Positions 21,902 to 31,874 of a DNA stretch of 64,000 nt are shown one piece after another. The first letter of the stretch is position 1; each line of letters begins with the position of its first letter. Source of the stretch: an uncultured virus (IMG/VR IMGVR_UViG_3300002133_000084) (lineage: Duplodnaviria; Heunggongvirae; Uroviricota; Caudoviricetes); IMG/VR virus record IMGVR_UViG_3300002133_000084; one strand, written 5' to 3'. The notes under the pieces are model-generated. The model saw only the letters and a list, made by a program, of their open reading frames with translations, had not been told where the DNA came from and searched no databases. Made by a program: the position numbers and the translations under genes.

Positions 21902-22825
21902 CTATATATCCATCCACGCCTCATGCAACTGATCGCATAGATCAGACTCGCGCATCAGTTTTAGCCCCCTATCTCTCAGCTGTCGAACGCGCTCCCTGGT
22001 TATCCCAAGAGTTTCGCCAACCTCCGCCAGAGTGCAATCACCATCTTCCCCAAGTCCGTAATACTTGGATATAATGTATGCCTCGCGCTCTGGTATGATA
22101 TTCATGGCCGCCTCAATTGCATCGTAATCCTGGCGCTCATAGACTTCATATACCCGACTCTCAGAATAGTCGTCCCGCAGGACATCGTTAGCCCAGGTGA
22201 GGGGGCGATGATTGGTATCTCCGAAGTGTCTTGGGTTATATATGGATAAATCCATATGGCGGGACATTTTTCTCGCCTGGAATAACTGATCGTCTGTCAT
22301 GTCTTCACCAGCAAATGCGAGCGCCTCTACATCAGATCCACAACGACGCAGCTCGCCCTCCATCTTTTTGTGTGCATTTGCCAATTTAGTGACATTTTTC
22401 CGCACGGAGTTGGCGTATTGTATGGAATGAATATTAGCGTCGAAGTACTTTCGCATGCGCTGGCGCACCCACCAAACGGCATAGGATATGAAGTGTAGGC
22501 CTCTACTTCTATCAAATCGTCCTACCGACTCATAAAGCCCCGTGATGCCCTCCATGATAAGATCCGAGCGAAGCTCATCTCCTATGTGGGGATATTTCTT
22601 AATACACGTATCTATCACGAAAGATATGTTACACCGGACGATTAAGGAGGGGGCTATGTCGCACCCCTCCTCTATGCGATCCAGCACCTCTCGCTCCTCT
22701 TCGACGGTGAGGGGGCGCAACACCGTTCTGGATATGACGAGATCTTTCTCCTGCGATTTTTTATTGTATTTAAAATACGCTTCCAGTTCGTTTTTAGATT
22801 CCCATACAATGCCGGGTATGGCCAT
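21902..22825 (-). CDS. RNA polymerase sigma-70 family factor (RpoD/RpoS-like regions 2 and 4)
   Basis: DLIMEGITGLYESVGRFDRSRGLHFISYAVWWVRQ; TLAEVGETLGITRERVRQL. Confidence 0.92.
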   Translation of the reverse strand: MAIPGIVWESKNELEAYFKYNKKSQEKDLVISRTVLRPLTVEEEREVLDRIEEGCDIAPSLIVRCNISFVIDTCIKKYPHIGDELRSDLIMEGITGLYESVGRFDRSRGLHFISYAVWWVRQRMRKYFDANIHSIQYANSVRKNVTKLANAHKKMEGELRRCGSDVEALAFAGEDMTDDQLFQARKMSRHMDLSIYNPRHFGDTNHRPLTWANDVLRDDYSESRVYEVYERQDYDAIEAAMNIIPEREAYIISKYYGLGEDGDCTLAEVGETLGITRERVRQLRDRGLKLMRESDLCDQLHEAWMDI

Positions 22826-23712
22826 TAAGATCCTCCTTTTTCTAGTCCATTGCACAGCTCATCGATGTCTATGTTCATCTTGCGCGCCAGCTTACTAAAG
22901 CGCAAGATGGAACTACTTTGCTCGCCTGGGTAGTCTAAAGCAATCTGCAGTCTCTCCATGGCGCTATCGATATCAGCATCGTAAGAATACGCCTGCAGTG
23001 CCTCAGCTGCGCTAAGTGCTAAATTGGTGAAGTGTGGATCCACTACCTCCATTTTCTCTTCGGGCTCGTCGACTTTGCCGAGCATGTCTTCTAGCTCTTT
23101 AAGAGATAGGGCTATAGTCTCTCGTACCTGCATGGCCGCTCCTAGCACTTCAGACTTCTGATCTTCACTTTCGGCCTGCTTAAGTAGATCGCCTACGATC
23201 GATCCCAGCTTCTCTGTCTGACGCCCCAGCTTTTCAATGCGCCCACAGCCGCGATCGATCTCATCCCTCTTTTCTGGCAGCCTGCCCTCGGGGCCTATCT
23301 TACTCCATGCAATTGATACCTTTTTCTCTACGCGCTCGTCTAACATGTCACGGAACTCTTCTTCCGTTTTCCATGTCTCGGCAGCCCTTATCTCAGAGTA
23401 GAGCAGGGAGTGATAGATGCCTATGCCCTCGGCCACCCTGCGCACCAAGCCGCTTCCCCTCTTCCTAACCCACTCGCCGGACTCCTCCCTGTCTTTGAAT
23501 CGGCGTCCGCGGCGATAATGGATCAGCGCCATGCCATACCAGCCCACCATGACAAGTTCTTGTTCGTCTGCCAGCCCTTCGGCAATCAGATCGCGCTCCA
23601 GCTGTATTTCTGATGGATACCTACTGGCTGATAAGTCGAGCTTTTCTCCCTCGAATACCTCTATGCCAATTTCCTGCACTACTAGTTCGGTTCCCTCCAG
23701 CACTTCCGTCAT
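22825..23712 (-). CDS. Hypothetical protein
   Basis: 295 aa ORF with GGAGG RBS. Confidence 0.65.
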   Translation of the reverse strand: MTEVLEGTELVVQEIGIEVFEGEKLDLSASRYPSEIQLERDLIAEGLADEQELVMVGWYGMALIHYRRGRRFKDREESGEWVRKRGSGLVRRVAEGIGIYHSLLYSEIRAAETWKTEEEFRDMLDERVEKKVSIAWSKIGPEGRLPEKRDEIDRGCGRIEKLGRQTEKLGSIVGDLLKQAESEDQKSEVLGAAMQVRETIALSLKELEDMLGKVDEPEEKMEVVDPHFTNLALSAAEALQAYSYDADIDSAMERLQIALDYPGEQSSSILRFSKLARKMNIDIDELCNGLEKGGS

Positions 23713-23721
23713 TACTGCCTC

Positions 23722-24087
23722 CTATGATCTCATTCGTTGTGCTACTTTTACGCCGGCGGGCGTCAGCTTAACGTGACTCCCAACGGAGCCTATGAGCCCT
23801 CTATTCTTCAGGGAAGATATAGTGCGCGCCTTGTGGCGCTCCCCATGAAAAACGAGTGTTCCGCGCACGAAGATCTCGCGCACTAGCTCGCGTTGCTTCT
23901 TGGATAGGCCGGCCGTCTTGGTTGTTTTAATTTTTACATCAGAGCGAAAGTCGCGTATAAATTCTGCGCGAACTCCCCCCTCTCGATGAATGCGTATAAA
24001 GCAATAGCATTCAGGGCAGGTGGTGCATACGACGACGCTCGTTACGCTGTCCGCCGCTCCACACTGAGGGCAGATATACTCGCTCAT
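23722..24087 (-). CDS. Zn-ribbon plus winged-helix-like hypothetical protein
   Basis: CPQC..CPEC; C-terminal LKNRGLI..VKLTPAG. Confidence 0.55.
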   Translation of the reverse strand: MSEYICPQCGAADSVTSVVVCTTCPECYCFIRIHREGGVRAEFIRDFRSDVKIKTTKTAGLSKKQRELVREIFVRGTLVFHGERHKARTISSLKNRGLIGSVGSHVKLTPAGVKVAQRMRS

Positions 24088-24755
24088 AGCATGGATACTT
24101 GCTCGGCTGCATCGGCTACTATATCGGACTCGGCGGTAGTTATGGATCTGCCGTCGACGTCACGAACCGTCCAAGTTAGCCCTTCCATTGGAACTGGATT
24201 GCTGCCCTCCTCTGGACGAAAGATCACTTCACCACCCATCTTGTGATTAAATAGTGAGTAGGTGATCTTTACGTCGCCTCGACAATACTCAATCACTTCC
24301 AACTTAGATTTGTCCTCCACCCACATCTCGGGGGCGAACTTTCCTTCGGCCGTTTTTTCCATGCCGAGGTTGCAAGAGCCCAATTTCTCCAGTCCAGTAC
24401 CCTTCTTCTGTCCGACGCAGTCGCGAATGTCCATCAGAAGATCAACGGTTTTACCGGCAAAGTATTGAGCCGAGGAGAACTTCCCCTGCGCCATACCCAG
24501 GTTTCGACACACCTCGCCATCCAAGACGGGATAGTCGAATCCATAAGAATTAAAGCCGATTATCTGATCGAAGTCCTTCATGTAGCGCACGAGCTGGAAC
24601 GCTTCGCCTGCCAGCCAATCTTTCCATTGGCCAGTCTCCAGATCGAAGGTGCAGGCAATGGTGATGCCTAAGAGGTTCTTAGATCCCCAGGAGAATCCAT
24701 TGTCTCGATCGGTGGGGCTGTTGTATACCTCTATATCAAAAGCTACTCGTCTCAT
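24084..24755 (-). CDS. RNase H-like / DEDD 3'-5' exonuclease
   Basis: VAFDIEVY, IGFNSYGFDYPVL, EYCRGDV. Confidence 0.85.
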   Translation of the reverse strand: MRRVAFDIEVYNSPTDRDNGFSWGSKNLLGITIACTFDLETGQWKDWLAGEAFQLVRYMKDFDQIIGFNSYGFDYPVLDGEVCRNLGMAQGKFSSAQYFAGKTVDLLMDIRDCVGQKKGTGLEKLGSCNLGMEKTAEGKFAPEMWVEDKSKLEVIEYCRGDVKITYSLFNHKMGGEVIFRPEEGSNPVPMEGLTWTVRDVDGRSITTAESDIVADAAEQVSML

Positions 24756-24765
24756 TGTTTTCCTC

Positions 24766-25173
24766 CTAGTGAGTTATGTAGTAGAGCACGGAAAAAGCGG
24801 CAGCTATACCGATGGAGACTATGCCGATGGACATCCATGCCGTTTTCAGCATAGAATCGATATTTGGACTCTCATCCCCATAGACATAAGGATCTACTGA
24901 CTTTACTTCGCTCTCCGACATGATCTCTTGGGCTTTTTCCCAGTTAATAGGGAAATGGATGGCTCGATGTTTGGCAGATCGTATGTATCTATTTACCTGC
25001 ATTGCGTTATAGGGCCTGGGGATGATTCCGTCGCTGTTCTCCCAGTGCTTTACGGCCGAGCGGGATACGCCTATACTGGCAGCCGCGTCGTATTGTGAGT
25101 GGCCCATGGCTGCCCTCGCTTTCCTGAGTTCGGCCGACATCTTATATCCGTGTACCTCTTCTTTCTCTGACAT
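24766..25173 (-). CDS. XRE HTH protein with C-terminal transmembrane helix
   Basis: LRKARAAMGHSQYDAAASIGVSRSAVKHWEN; hydrophobic C-terminus. Confidence 0.75.
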   Translation of the reverse strand: MSEKEEVHGYKMSAELRKARAAMGHSQYDAAASIGVSRSAVKHWENSDGIIPRPYNAMQVNRYIRSAKHRAIHFPINWEKAQEIMSESEVKSVDPYVYGDESPNIDSMLKTAWMSIGIVSIGIAAAFSVLYYITH

Positions 25174-25177
25174 AATC

Positions 25178-27013
25178 CTATCCTTGTACTTGAAGTGGTT
25201 CTGTTATGTGTGTTGCGTTTTCAAATTTTGCGAACTCATCGATGAAGGTTGTCCAGATAGATCCGACGGGGCCATTTCGCTGCTTGCCGATAATGATCTC
25301 GGCTAGTCCCTGCAGGGAAGCTCCGTCAGCGCCCTTGAGTCCGTAGTAGTCTGGGCGGTAGACAAACATGACAACGTCGGCGTCTTGCTCAACTTGGCCA
25401 CTATTGTGCACAAAAATGCCATCAGCTATAAAATTATTTATGCCTGGCACAATTAGATCGAATGTTTCTTCTTCTCCGGATTCCTCTATCGACACGACGC
25501 TATCCCATAGAATGTCCGAATTGGCCCACATTGATAGCTCTCGATCATTGAGCTCGTTGGCCCATTTTTCACAATTCGATCGACGCATCCTTGCGGCGCC
25601 AATATCGTCCCCACCTTCTAAGTCAGACATGGCAGTCCATCCACTGGGCGTGCGGATGGGGTGATTGGCGGTGGCCGTTAATTTTCGTCCTCCACGCGTG
25701 GTGAGAGTGAGTACCTTTTTAATGCCTTTATTGGGCACGGAAATAACAGATCCAGATACGATCTTTTGATCTTTTTCTCCCCAGACAATATCTCCAGCTT
25801 TTACGTCTTTAATCTTTTTCATAGATCCGTCTAACATCACAATTCGTGAATTGGCAGATAGGCAATCTCGAAGATCGGATAGCTGGGGGCGCTTATCGGG
25901 GCGCGATTCTACTGCGCGCGATAATTGCGATAGGGTGAGGGCGGCACAGTTGAACTCCTTGGCCAACCCCTTTAAGCCGCGCGAATTGTATCCAACCTCC
26001 TGCTCTCGCGACTGGATTCCGGGTGGTGATCCCATCAGCTGCAAGTAGTCCGTAACGACGACGCCAATCCTTTTGCCCTCCTTGGCTATATCCTTTTGTA
26101 TGCGAGCCAGCTTCGATCGCATCTCCAATAGATTTATGCCGGGCGTATCGTCGACGTATATTCCCATGCGAGCCAGGGAGGACATCTCCTCGGCTATGCG
26201 CGCCATCATATCGTCACTCATTTTCCCGCGGCGTAGATCATGTAGGTTGATGCGCGCCTCGGCAGAGAGTCGACGAAGGCCTATGGATGCCTTGTCCATT
26301 TCCAGGGAGAAAATGACAGACACCATGCTGTCGTCTGTCTTTACGGCATGCTCAGCTATACCGAGGGCAAGCGCCGTTTTCCCCATAGAAGGCCTAGCAG
26401 CCAGGATAATGGAATCTCCAGCCTGCAGCCCAGATGTCTGCTCATTTAAATCGAGCAGTCCCGTATCGGCTCCAAGCAATCCTCCCTTGCTATTTCTGGC
26501 GCGCTCTATGAACTCCATGCTTTTATGCATGACTTCTTCATAGGTGGCCATACTATCAGACTTCTGGTTGCGCCGTCGGTTGGTGATGCGCAGCTCGGCC
26601 CCGGCGACTATGTCCTCCGATCGCATGGCCGAGGCGTAAGCCATCTCCTGTATCCAATTAGCATCATCGATTAGCGCGCGCGCATCGGCCTTGTCTATGA
26701 TGATGCGCATGTGGTGCTCTATGTTGGCTGAAGTAGCCACCTCGGAGGCCAGCTGCGCCAGATAGCTTACGTTGCCAGCCTCCTTCAATTGATCTTTTGA
26801 TCGCAGGAAGTCTGCCAATGTGAGTTGATCAATGTGCATCTTAGCTTGCATCATATAAACGATGGCGTTGTATATGGTGCGATGGCGATCATCGATAAAT
26901 AGATTGTCGCCCAATTCCCCAGAGATTTTAGCGGCAGCATTCTCGTCGATGATGGCAGCCCCCAGTACGGCGCGCTCTACCTCTACGTCCTGCGGCAAGG
27001 ATCTTCCTGTCAT
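25178..27013 (-). CDS. dnaB: Replicative DNA helicase DnaB containing an intein
   Basis: LAARPSMGKT, FSLEM, DYLQLM, SQLSRAVESRPDKRPQLSDLR, EQDAD, KQRNGP. Confidence 0.97.
   Translation of the reverse strand: MTGRSLPQDVEVERAVLGAAIIDENAAAKISGELGDNLFIDDRHRTIYNAIVYMMQAKMHIDQLTLADFLRSKDQLKEAGNVSYLAQLASEVATSANIEHHMRIIIDKADARALIDDANWIQEMAYASAMRSEDIVAGAELRITNRRRNQKSDSMATYEEVMHKSMEFIERARNSKGGLLGADTGLLDLNEQTSGLQAGDSIILAARPSMGKTALALGIAEHAVKTDDSMVSVIFSLEMDKASIGLRRLSAEARINLHDLRRGKMSDDMMARIAEEMSSLARMGIYVDDTPGINLLEMRSKLARIQKDIAKEGKRIGVVVTDYLQLMGSPPGIQSREQEVGYNSRGLKGLAKEFNCAALTLSQLSRAVESRPDKRPQLSDLRDCLSANSRIVMLDGSMKKIKDVKAGDIVWGEKDQKIVSGSVISVPNKGIKKVLTLTTRGGRKLTATANHPIRTPSGWTAMSDLEGGDDIGAARMRRSNCEKWANELNDRELSMWANSDILWDSVVSIEESGEEETFDLIVPGINNFIADGIFVHNSGQVEQDADVVMFVYRPDYYGLKGADGASLQGLAEIIIGKQRNGPVGSIWTTFIDEFAKFENATHITEPLQVQG
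25403..25864 (-). mobile_element. Mini-intein (154 aa, Hint domain, no homing endonuclease) in DnaB
   Basis: Begins CLSANSRI after SDLRD, has ATANHP block B, ends VHN followed by Ser (SGQVEQDAD). Confidence 0.92.
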
Positions 27014-27477
27014 GTTTTGCCCCCATATTTTTCATTGTAATACGCCCCCAGATCGCACTCCACACAGGGAATAGACATAGGCACCTTAGATGACTTATAA
27101 TCAACCAGGCGCTCTATCCACCCGTTCTTGCATTGGCATTTTGTATCTGGTTGCGGTGGGCTGGGAAAGGATTTAACCCCACTTGTTTTTGCAATTTCTC
27201 CGCGCAGCTCAGAGGGGGAGGGGTAATACTTGGTGTGCAGTACATGTGCACTAAAGGCGCTGTCTATTTCCTCGGCCGTGTAATCTCTTAGCGCACTGTA
27301 ATACACCTCCAATGCGCTGGCCATGTCCTCCGGCCTAAAGGACATAAAGTTATATTTTGCCATGACATCAGAGAGCGCCTCTATGCCATTTATCTTGCTC
27401 ATATCAGAGAGCTTAGTTCCCGAATTTACTTTTCCACTGCTCGACGTAGGATGCTGATTTGTTCTCCCGACTTTCAT
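27010..27477 (-). CDS. Putative helicase loader/inhibitor-like phage replication protein
   Basis: YY..L.DY..EEI..A...H....KYYPSPSEL pattern plus C-terminal CxC..CxxC; adjacent to dnaB. Confidence 0.45.
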   Translation of the reverse strand: MKVGRTNQHPTSSSGKVNSGTKLSDMSKINGIEALSDVMAKYNFMSFRPEDMASALEVYYSALRDYTAEEIDSAFSAHVLHTKYYPSPSELRGEIAKTSGVKSFPSPPQPDTKCQCKNGWIERLVDYKSSKVPMSIPCVECDLGAYYNEKYGGKT

Positions 27478-28321
27478 CTTTTCCTCTCGCCTCCCCCTGC
27501 TTCTTCATGTATTCCATGTGTTTATTGAAGTTCATTTCCCAGAAAAAATTGGGTACAGTGCACTTCATCTTTGTCTTGTGTCTGCGGATAAAAGCATCCC
27601 ACGCAACAATGGCGCCCTCCATATCTACCCCGCTATATCTCTCGGCGTAGTTTGAAAAGTGGGTGCGCATATAGTCGCGCGCCTTCTCTGATATTACAGC
27701 CCTGCCAGCCTCGTCAGCAGATCCGGCCCAGTGTCGAACGATTACATCGACAAACAGATCTTCTATTTTTTGTGACGGTTGAAATAATGGAGTCCCACCA
27801 TCTTCCATGGCTTTCTCCTTCTTCTTTTTAGATGGCCTCTTGCCGTTATTGCCTATGACATTAAAGTGCTCCCATGTCTTGAAGCGCCTAACCTTGAATG
27901 ATGGTATAGGACGCCCCTTTGACTTGGGGCGCAGGTAGACATATTTGTCCAGTAGATCTTCATTGAAGTGAGCTCGCGCTGCTCTTTCCGAGCTTACATT
28001 GGTACGCCTCGCCAGATCGTCCCAGGGGATAGATACCACGCCCACGCCTAGCGGTGGACGCATCTTCTGCTTGGCCCATTTTATATACTCCTCGTGCGCC
28101 ATAAGCAGAAGAAATACATACATGGCAGATGACTGATTTTCCCACTTAGCGAGATGCTCCAATAACCCTAAGGAAACTGGGCACACCCATTCATCGGTAT
28201 CGAATTCATCCTCAGTCTCCTGGGGCCACCATGGCGGCTCTGTGCCATAGTGATCCATAGGTTCTCCATGGGCGGCGGGCAAGTAACGCCCGCCGCCGTG
28301 AATTAAAATGCTCGCCGTCAA
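27413..28321 (-). CDS. Hypothetical protein, possible replication initiator
   Basis: Upstream of loader and dnaB; winged-helix-like SAMYVFLLL..SIPWDDLARRTNVS. Confidence 0.45.
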   Translation of the reverse strand: MTASILIHGGGRYLPAAHGEPMDHYGTEPPWWPQETEDEFDTDEWVCPVSLGLLEHLAKWENQSSAMYVFLLLMAHEEYIKWAKQKMRPPLGVGVVSIPWDDLARRTNVSSERAARAHFNEDLLDKYVYLRPKSKGRPIPSFKVRRFKTWEHFNVIGNNGKRPSKKKKEKAMEDGGTPLFQPSQKIEDLFVDVIVRHWAGSADEAGRAVISEKARDYMRTHFSNYAERYSGVDMEGAIVAWDAFIRRHKTKMKCTVPNFFWEMNFNKHMEYMKKQGEARGKDESRENKSASYVEQWKSKFGN

Positions 28322-28761
28322 AATGCTATTAGTTAAACGCCAAGCGGGTTATGATGGGTATGATGGTGAATACGTATAGTGTGCATGTAAGGAGGAATGC
28401 CCCGAGCATCCATTTCTGGATCTTTTTATTATCCATAGGTTATGTTTTCTAATTCCACACCATAGGCCGCTAGGATTTGCACTGCAAAATTGAGCAGGTT
28501 TACTCCAGCCTCTCGATCTCCCACATCGATGCTAATCCTTGCATTGCCTATGCTGTCTATTGAGATTTTTGCACAATGGCGCACTCCATCGCGCATAGGT
28601 ATATCGATGGTAATAGATTGATCTTCGTCTATTTTTTTGATGTTACTGTGAATAGAAAAACTCAAGCCGGATTGCTTGAGCATGGATATGGCTTGCCGTA
28701 TGCGCGTGGAGCGATCCGGCAGGAACCCGAATAGGATGGCTTCGCTTGACATGGATCTCGC

Positions 28762-29625
28762 CTATCTGGAAAGTTCGTTCTGCATAGACACCTGATCGAT
28801 AATCCGAATGGCGGAGATAACCTTCTCCCCCTCCGTCTTCAGTGTCACTGTAGCCTCGGCGTCACCCCACGACAAATTGCCCTGACGCGCCTCATCACCC
28901 ACCTTTTCCAGGATGTAATCGCAGATGAAGCGCTCGCGATTAATGCCCTTTTCTTTTTGCAGGTTTTGTGCCAGAGCCGGCATGGAGTCCCACTCATCAG
29001 ATCCCTTTTGGTAGGAGCTGCACACAGAGACAATTACATCCTTGTTCCAGCCCATGACGCCAGATAGTCGATCGGCCATCGCGGAGTGCTGTTCATCGCC
29101 GGCGCCACTTGCATCTTCGCGAATATCTGAGGCAATGGCTTCGGCGCCCTCCTCACTGATAGCGTCCTCCACTTCAACCTCGGGCACCTCTTCCTCGGGC
29201 TCCCCTCCGGACTCATCGCCATCTTCTTCTGGCCCCAAGCTGCCCATCTCTGGTGGCCCATTGCCATCTGTCTCTGGCTGCTCATCCTTGCTGGGGGGAG
29301 CGGGCTTCTTGGCGGCCTTCTTGGCGGACTGCTTCTTCTCCGCCTTAGCGGGTTCCACATCAGACAGGTTGAGTGATCCGTCGGCAATCTGCGCCAGCGC
29401 CTCGCGCCCCACTTCGTAGGACTTGCCATCGTGCGTGATGGTAAATAGGGCGTCCGTGATCAAGCCCGTGATGGGGCAGATGTATGAACTTTCGGTGAAG
29501 GACTGGTACTCTTCGATGGCACTGTCGAGCATCTTCTTGCGCGCGGACAGGGACAACTTTTTCACCTTGCCAAATTCGACAGTAGCCTGTCGGATTTCTT
29601 TTACGTACTCTTCCAACGCTTTCAT
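28762..29625 (-). CDS. Hypothetical protein with long acidic/low-complexity linker
   Basis: Start at MKALEEY assumed. Confidence 0.6.
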   Translation of the reverse strand: MKALEEYVKEIRQATVEFGKVKKLSLSARKKMLDSAIEEYQSFTESSYICPITGLITDALFTITHDGKSYEVGREALAQIADGSLNLSDVEPAKAEKKQSAKKAAKKPAPPSKDEQPETDGNGPPEMGSLGPEEDGDESGGEPEEEVPEVEVEDAISEEGAEAIASDIREDASGAGDEQHSAMADRLSGVMGWNKDVIVSVCSSYQKGSDEWDSMPALAQNLQKEKGINRERFICDYILEKVGDEARQGNLSWGDAEATVTLKTEGEKVISAIRIIDQVSMQNELSR

Positions 29626-29951
29626 TTTATTCCCCTTTTTTCTTTTCGTTTCATGGTTTCTGCTGCTTGCCACCTGACGGTGTGGTTTTCCTCGTTTTTC
29701 ATTAAAAATTGTATGATCTCTGTGGGGGCGTTTAAATTGGCGGCCAACTGCAGGCGCACCCCTATGTCCAAGTCATCCCGTAAAATGAGGGCGGATAACC
29801 TGGTGATGGCCTCCGATTGAGCCAGGAGCATCCTGTCTTCTTTGTCGCCATTCGTGGCGACGGCTATTTGCCCGCGCTCTCTAACCTCAATAGGGGTATA
29901 TTGATTTTTGGAGAGCGCGACGAGGATCTTTTCATCACTTACGAGAGCCAA
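29622..29951 (-). CDS. HEAT/LRV-repeat protein
   Basis: ALSKNQYTP, VRLQLAANLNAP. Confidence 0.6.
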   Translation of the reverse strand: MALVSDEKILVALSKNQYTPIEVRERGQIAVATNGDKEDRMLLAQSEAITRLSALILRDDLDIGVRLQLAANLNAPTEIIQFLMKNEENHTVRWQAAETMKRKEKRGIK

Positions 29952-30468
29952 AGATAGCCTCCTTCATCTTGAGCCGCATAGTATTGCCCTTTGTTTTTAT
30001 GGCCACTTTTCTCACTTCATAATTTATATCTTTCTCCAGGGTTTTTAGGGAGTCTTCGCCTATGTGTGGATTGCCTGCTAAGGTGATGCGCACGCCATCG
30101 TGCGGGTGGATGGAGAGAAGTTTGGCCGCTCGCTCGCTGATGTCCCTGTCTTTTGCTAAGATCAGACATTGATCGAGCGTGCCACTTAAGGCTATTAAAG
30201 CGGATACCTTCTCGCGCGATTCGGGTGATATGTTTGGATTGGTGCCGATGGACGCCAGGATAGCGTTGTCGCCGACTCCCTCATCTGCGACAACGCAATA
30301 TTTAAAATCCGCTGAATAGTTTAATCTCGATGAGGGTATAGAGTTTAGATCCACATCCTGCCCAATCTCATTTTTATTATCTGAATAGATGATGTTTCCC
30401 CAGCCCGTCACAAACCATGTGTGTCCATTTATAGATGGAGGGGATTCATACATCTCAACCTTCATCAT
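29935..30468 (-). CDS. HEAT/LRV-repeat protein
   Basis: IGTNPNIS, VRITLAGNPH, DINYEVRK. Confidence 0.6.
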   Translation of the reverse strand: MMKVEMYESPPSINGHTWFVTGWGNIIYSDNKNEIGQDVDLNSIPSSRLNYSADFKYCVVADEGVGDNAILASIGTNPNISPESREKVSALIALSGTLDQCLILAKDRDISERAAKLLSIHPHDGVRITLAGNPHIGEDSLKTLEKDINYEVRKVAIKTKGNTMRLKMKEAIFGSRK

Positions 30469-31598
30469 GCAGCACCTCGCTCTCTAGATGGAAGGACTTC
30501 ACCTAGCCCTTCTCGGGCTGTGTGTCCTATGGTGGATAGGGATGCGAAGATGTCTTGGAGGTTTTCATCCTTGTCGTATTCGGACATCTTGCCGGCCCTA
30601 GCTTCGATCAAATTGGATAGCTCATCTATGTCGCCGGCCAATTTGTCGTTTCCGAATACATTGAGGGCGCGCACGCGATCGACTAAGCTTTTTAGTCCCA
30701 TGGAAGTGCGCGGAGGAAGGCTGGCATTCCTGCGAATAGATTCCATGGTGCTTCCGCAGCTCTCTTTGATGGAGTCGTAAAATTCACGCTCCGCCTTGAA
30801 GAAGGTGGCCTCCACCTCTGATTTTAGCTTGGAGGCGTGCTGCTCCACCTCTGCGCGCATCTCCCCCACGATAGACTGCAGGCGTACGTCTGTTGCCTCT
30901 TTGGTGAATTCGGCCTGCGCGCGCATCTCTTCTGCCTTGAGCTTGCGGGAGGCTAAATGATCCATGGCGGGGGCGAAAGAGAAGGTAGTTTCCCAGGAGA
31001 ACCGATCGGCAATGTCCTTTATGGATGGTATATGCCCTAAGACGTAATCGATGGCGTCTTGGACGAACTCCCTTTTGCTCGTCGGGATGGATGTGCCGCT
31101 GGAGATCATGCGATCATATGCATCGGAAAACACGTTCCTATAATCAGCTTCCATCTGTCCATAAAGGCAGTCGCCCTCTATGATGTTCCTCTTTACATAG
31201 ATGACGCGCTCCATAAACTCTCGGCGCAGCTCGACATCGCGCTCTTTCCACTTGTTCCATCCATTGGCATGGACGGCGCGCCCGAAGTAGGTGTGGTGGC
31301 TCAGGTTTTCTAGATTGTTGCGCCCCTTCTTCTCTGTGGACTGCAGCCCATTATATATCTTGTCGGGGATAAGGCACATCCTGCCCAGCTTAATGGCGCG
31401 CTGCCATGACTGCTCCGTCTTGTCATTTAGCTGCACGCCCAGCTTGCGCATATCATCTGGGCCTATAGTGACAAATGGGTGCCACTTAGTGATCTTGAGA
31501 TCGACGATGACAGACTCGTCTAAGATGCGATCCCAGTTCACATTGATCTCTCGTACGGACTCTCTATCTTCTTTGGATAAATGATTTAAGGGTTCCAT
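30465..31598 (-). CDS. Hypothetical helical protein
   Basis: 377 aa ORF with AAGGAGG upstream. Confidence 0.7.
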   Translation of the reverse strand: MEPLNHLSKEDRESVREINVNWDRILDESVIVDLKITKWHPFVTIGPDDMRKLGVQLNDKTEQSWQRAIKLGRMCLIPDKIYNGLQSTEKKGRNNLENLSHHTYFGRAVHANGWNKWKERDVELRREFMERVIYVKRNIIEGDCLYGQMEADYRNVFSDAYDRMISSGTSIPTSKREFVQDAIDYVLGHIPSIKDIADRFSWETTFSFAPAMDHLASRKLKAEEMRAQAEFTKEATDVRLQSIVGEMRAEVEQHASKLKSEVEATFFKAEREFYDSIKESCGSTMESIRRNASLPPRTSMGLKSLVDRVRALNVFGNDKLAGDIDELSNLIEARAGKMSEYDKDENLQDIFASLSTIGHTAREGLGEVLPSRERGAA

Positions 31599-31874
31599 CT
31601 AAATGAAAGCGCCGGCAGCGCCCCTCCTTGCGGGTTGAGCCAATGAATGGCTGGATTATCAATAAAGGATATACGACAACTAAAAGCAACATTAATCATA
31701 AAAATGCAATCTATAATGAACATATAGTAAACATGGGTTCACCAATAGATATTCATTCCACCATTGTTTACATATGTTTTCAGTTGACTTTTAGGCACCT
31801 TTTGGTATGTTTTAGATAACACTGGGAGGACATATGTGTCCCATTGCATAATATGCAATATTAAATAAGGTAAT

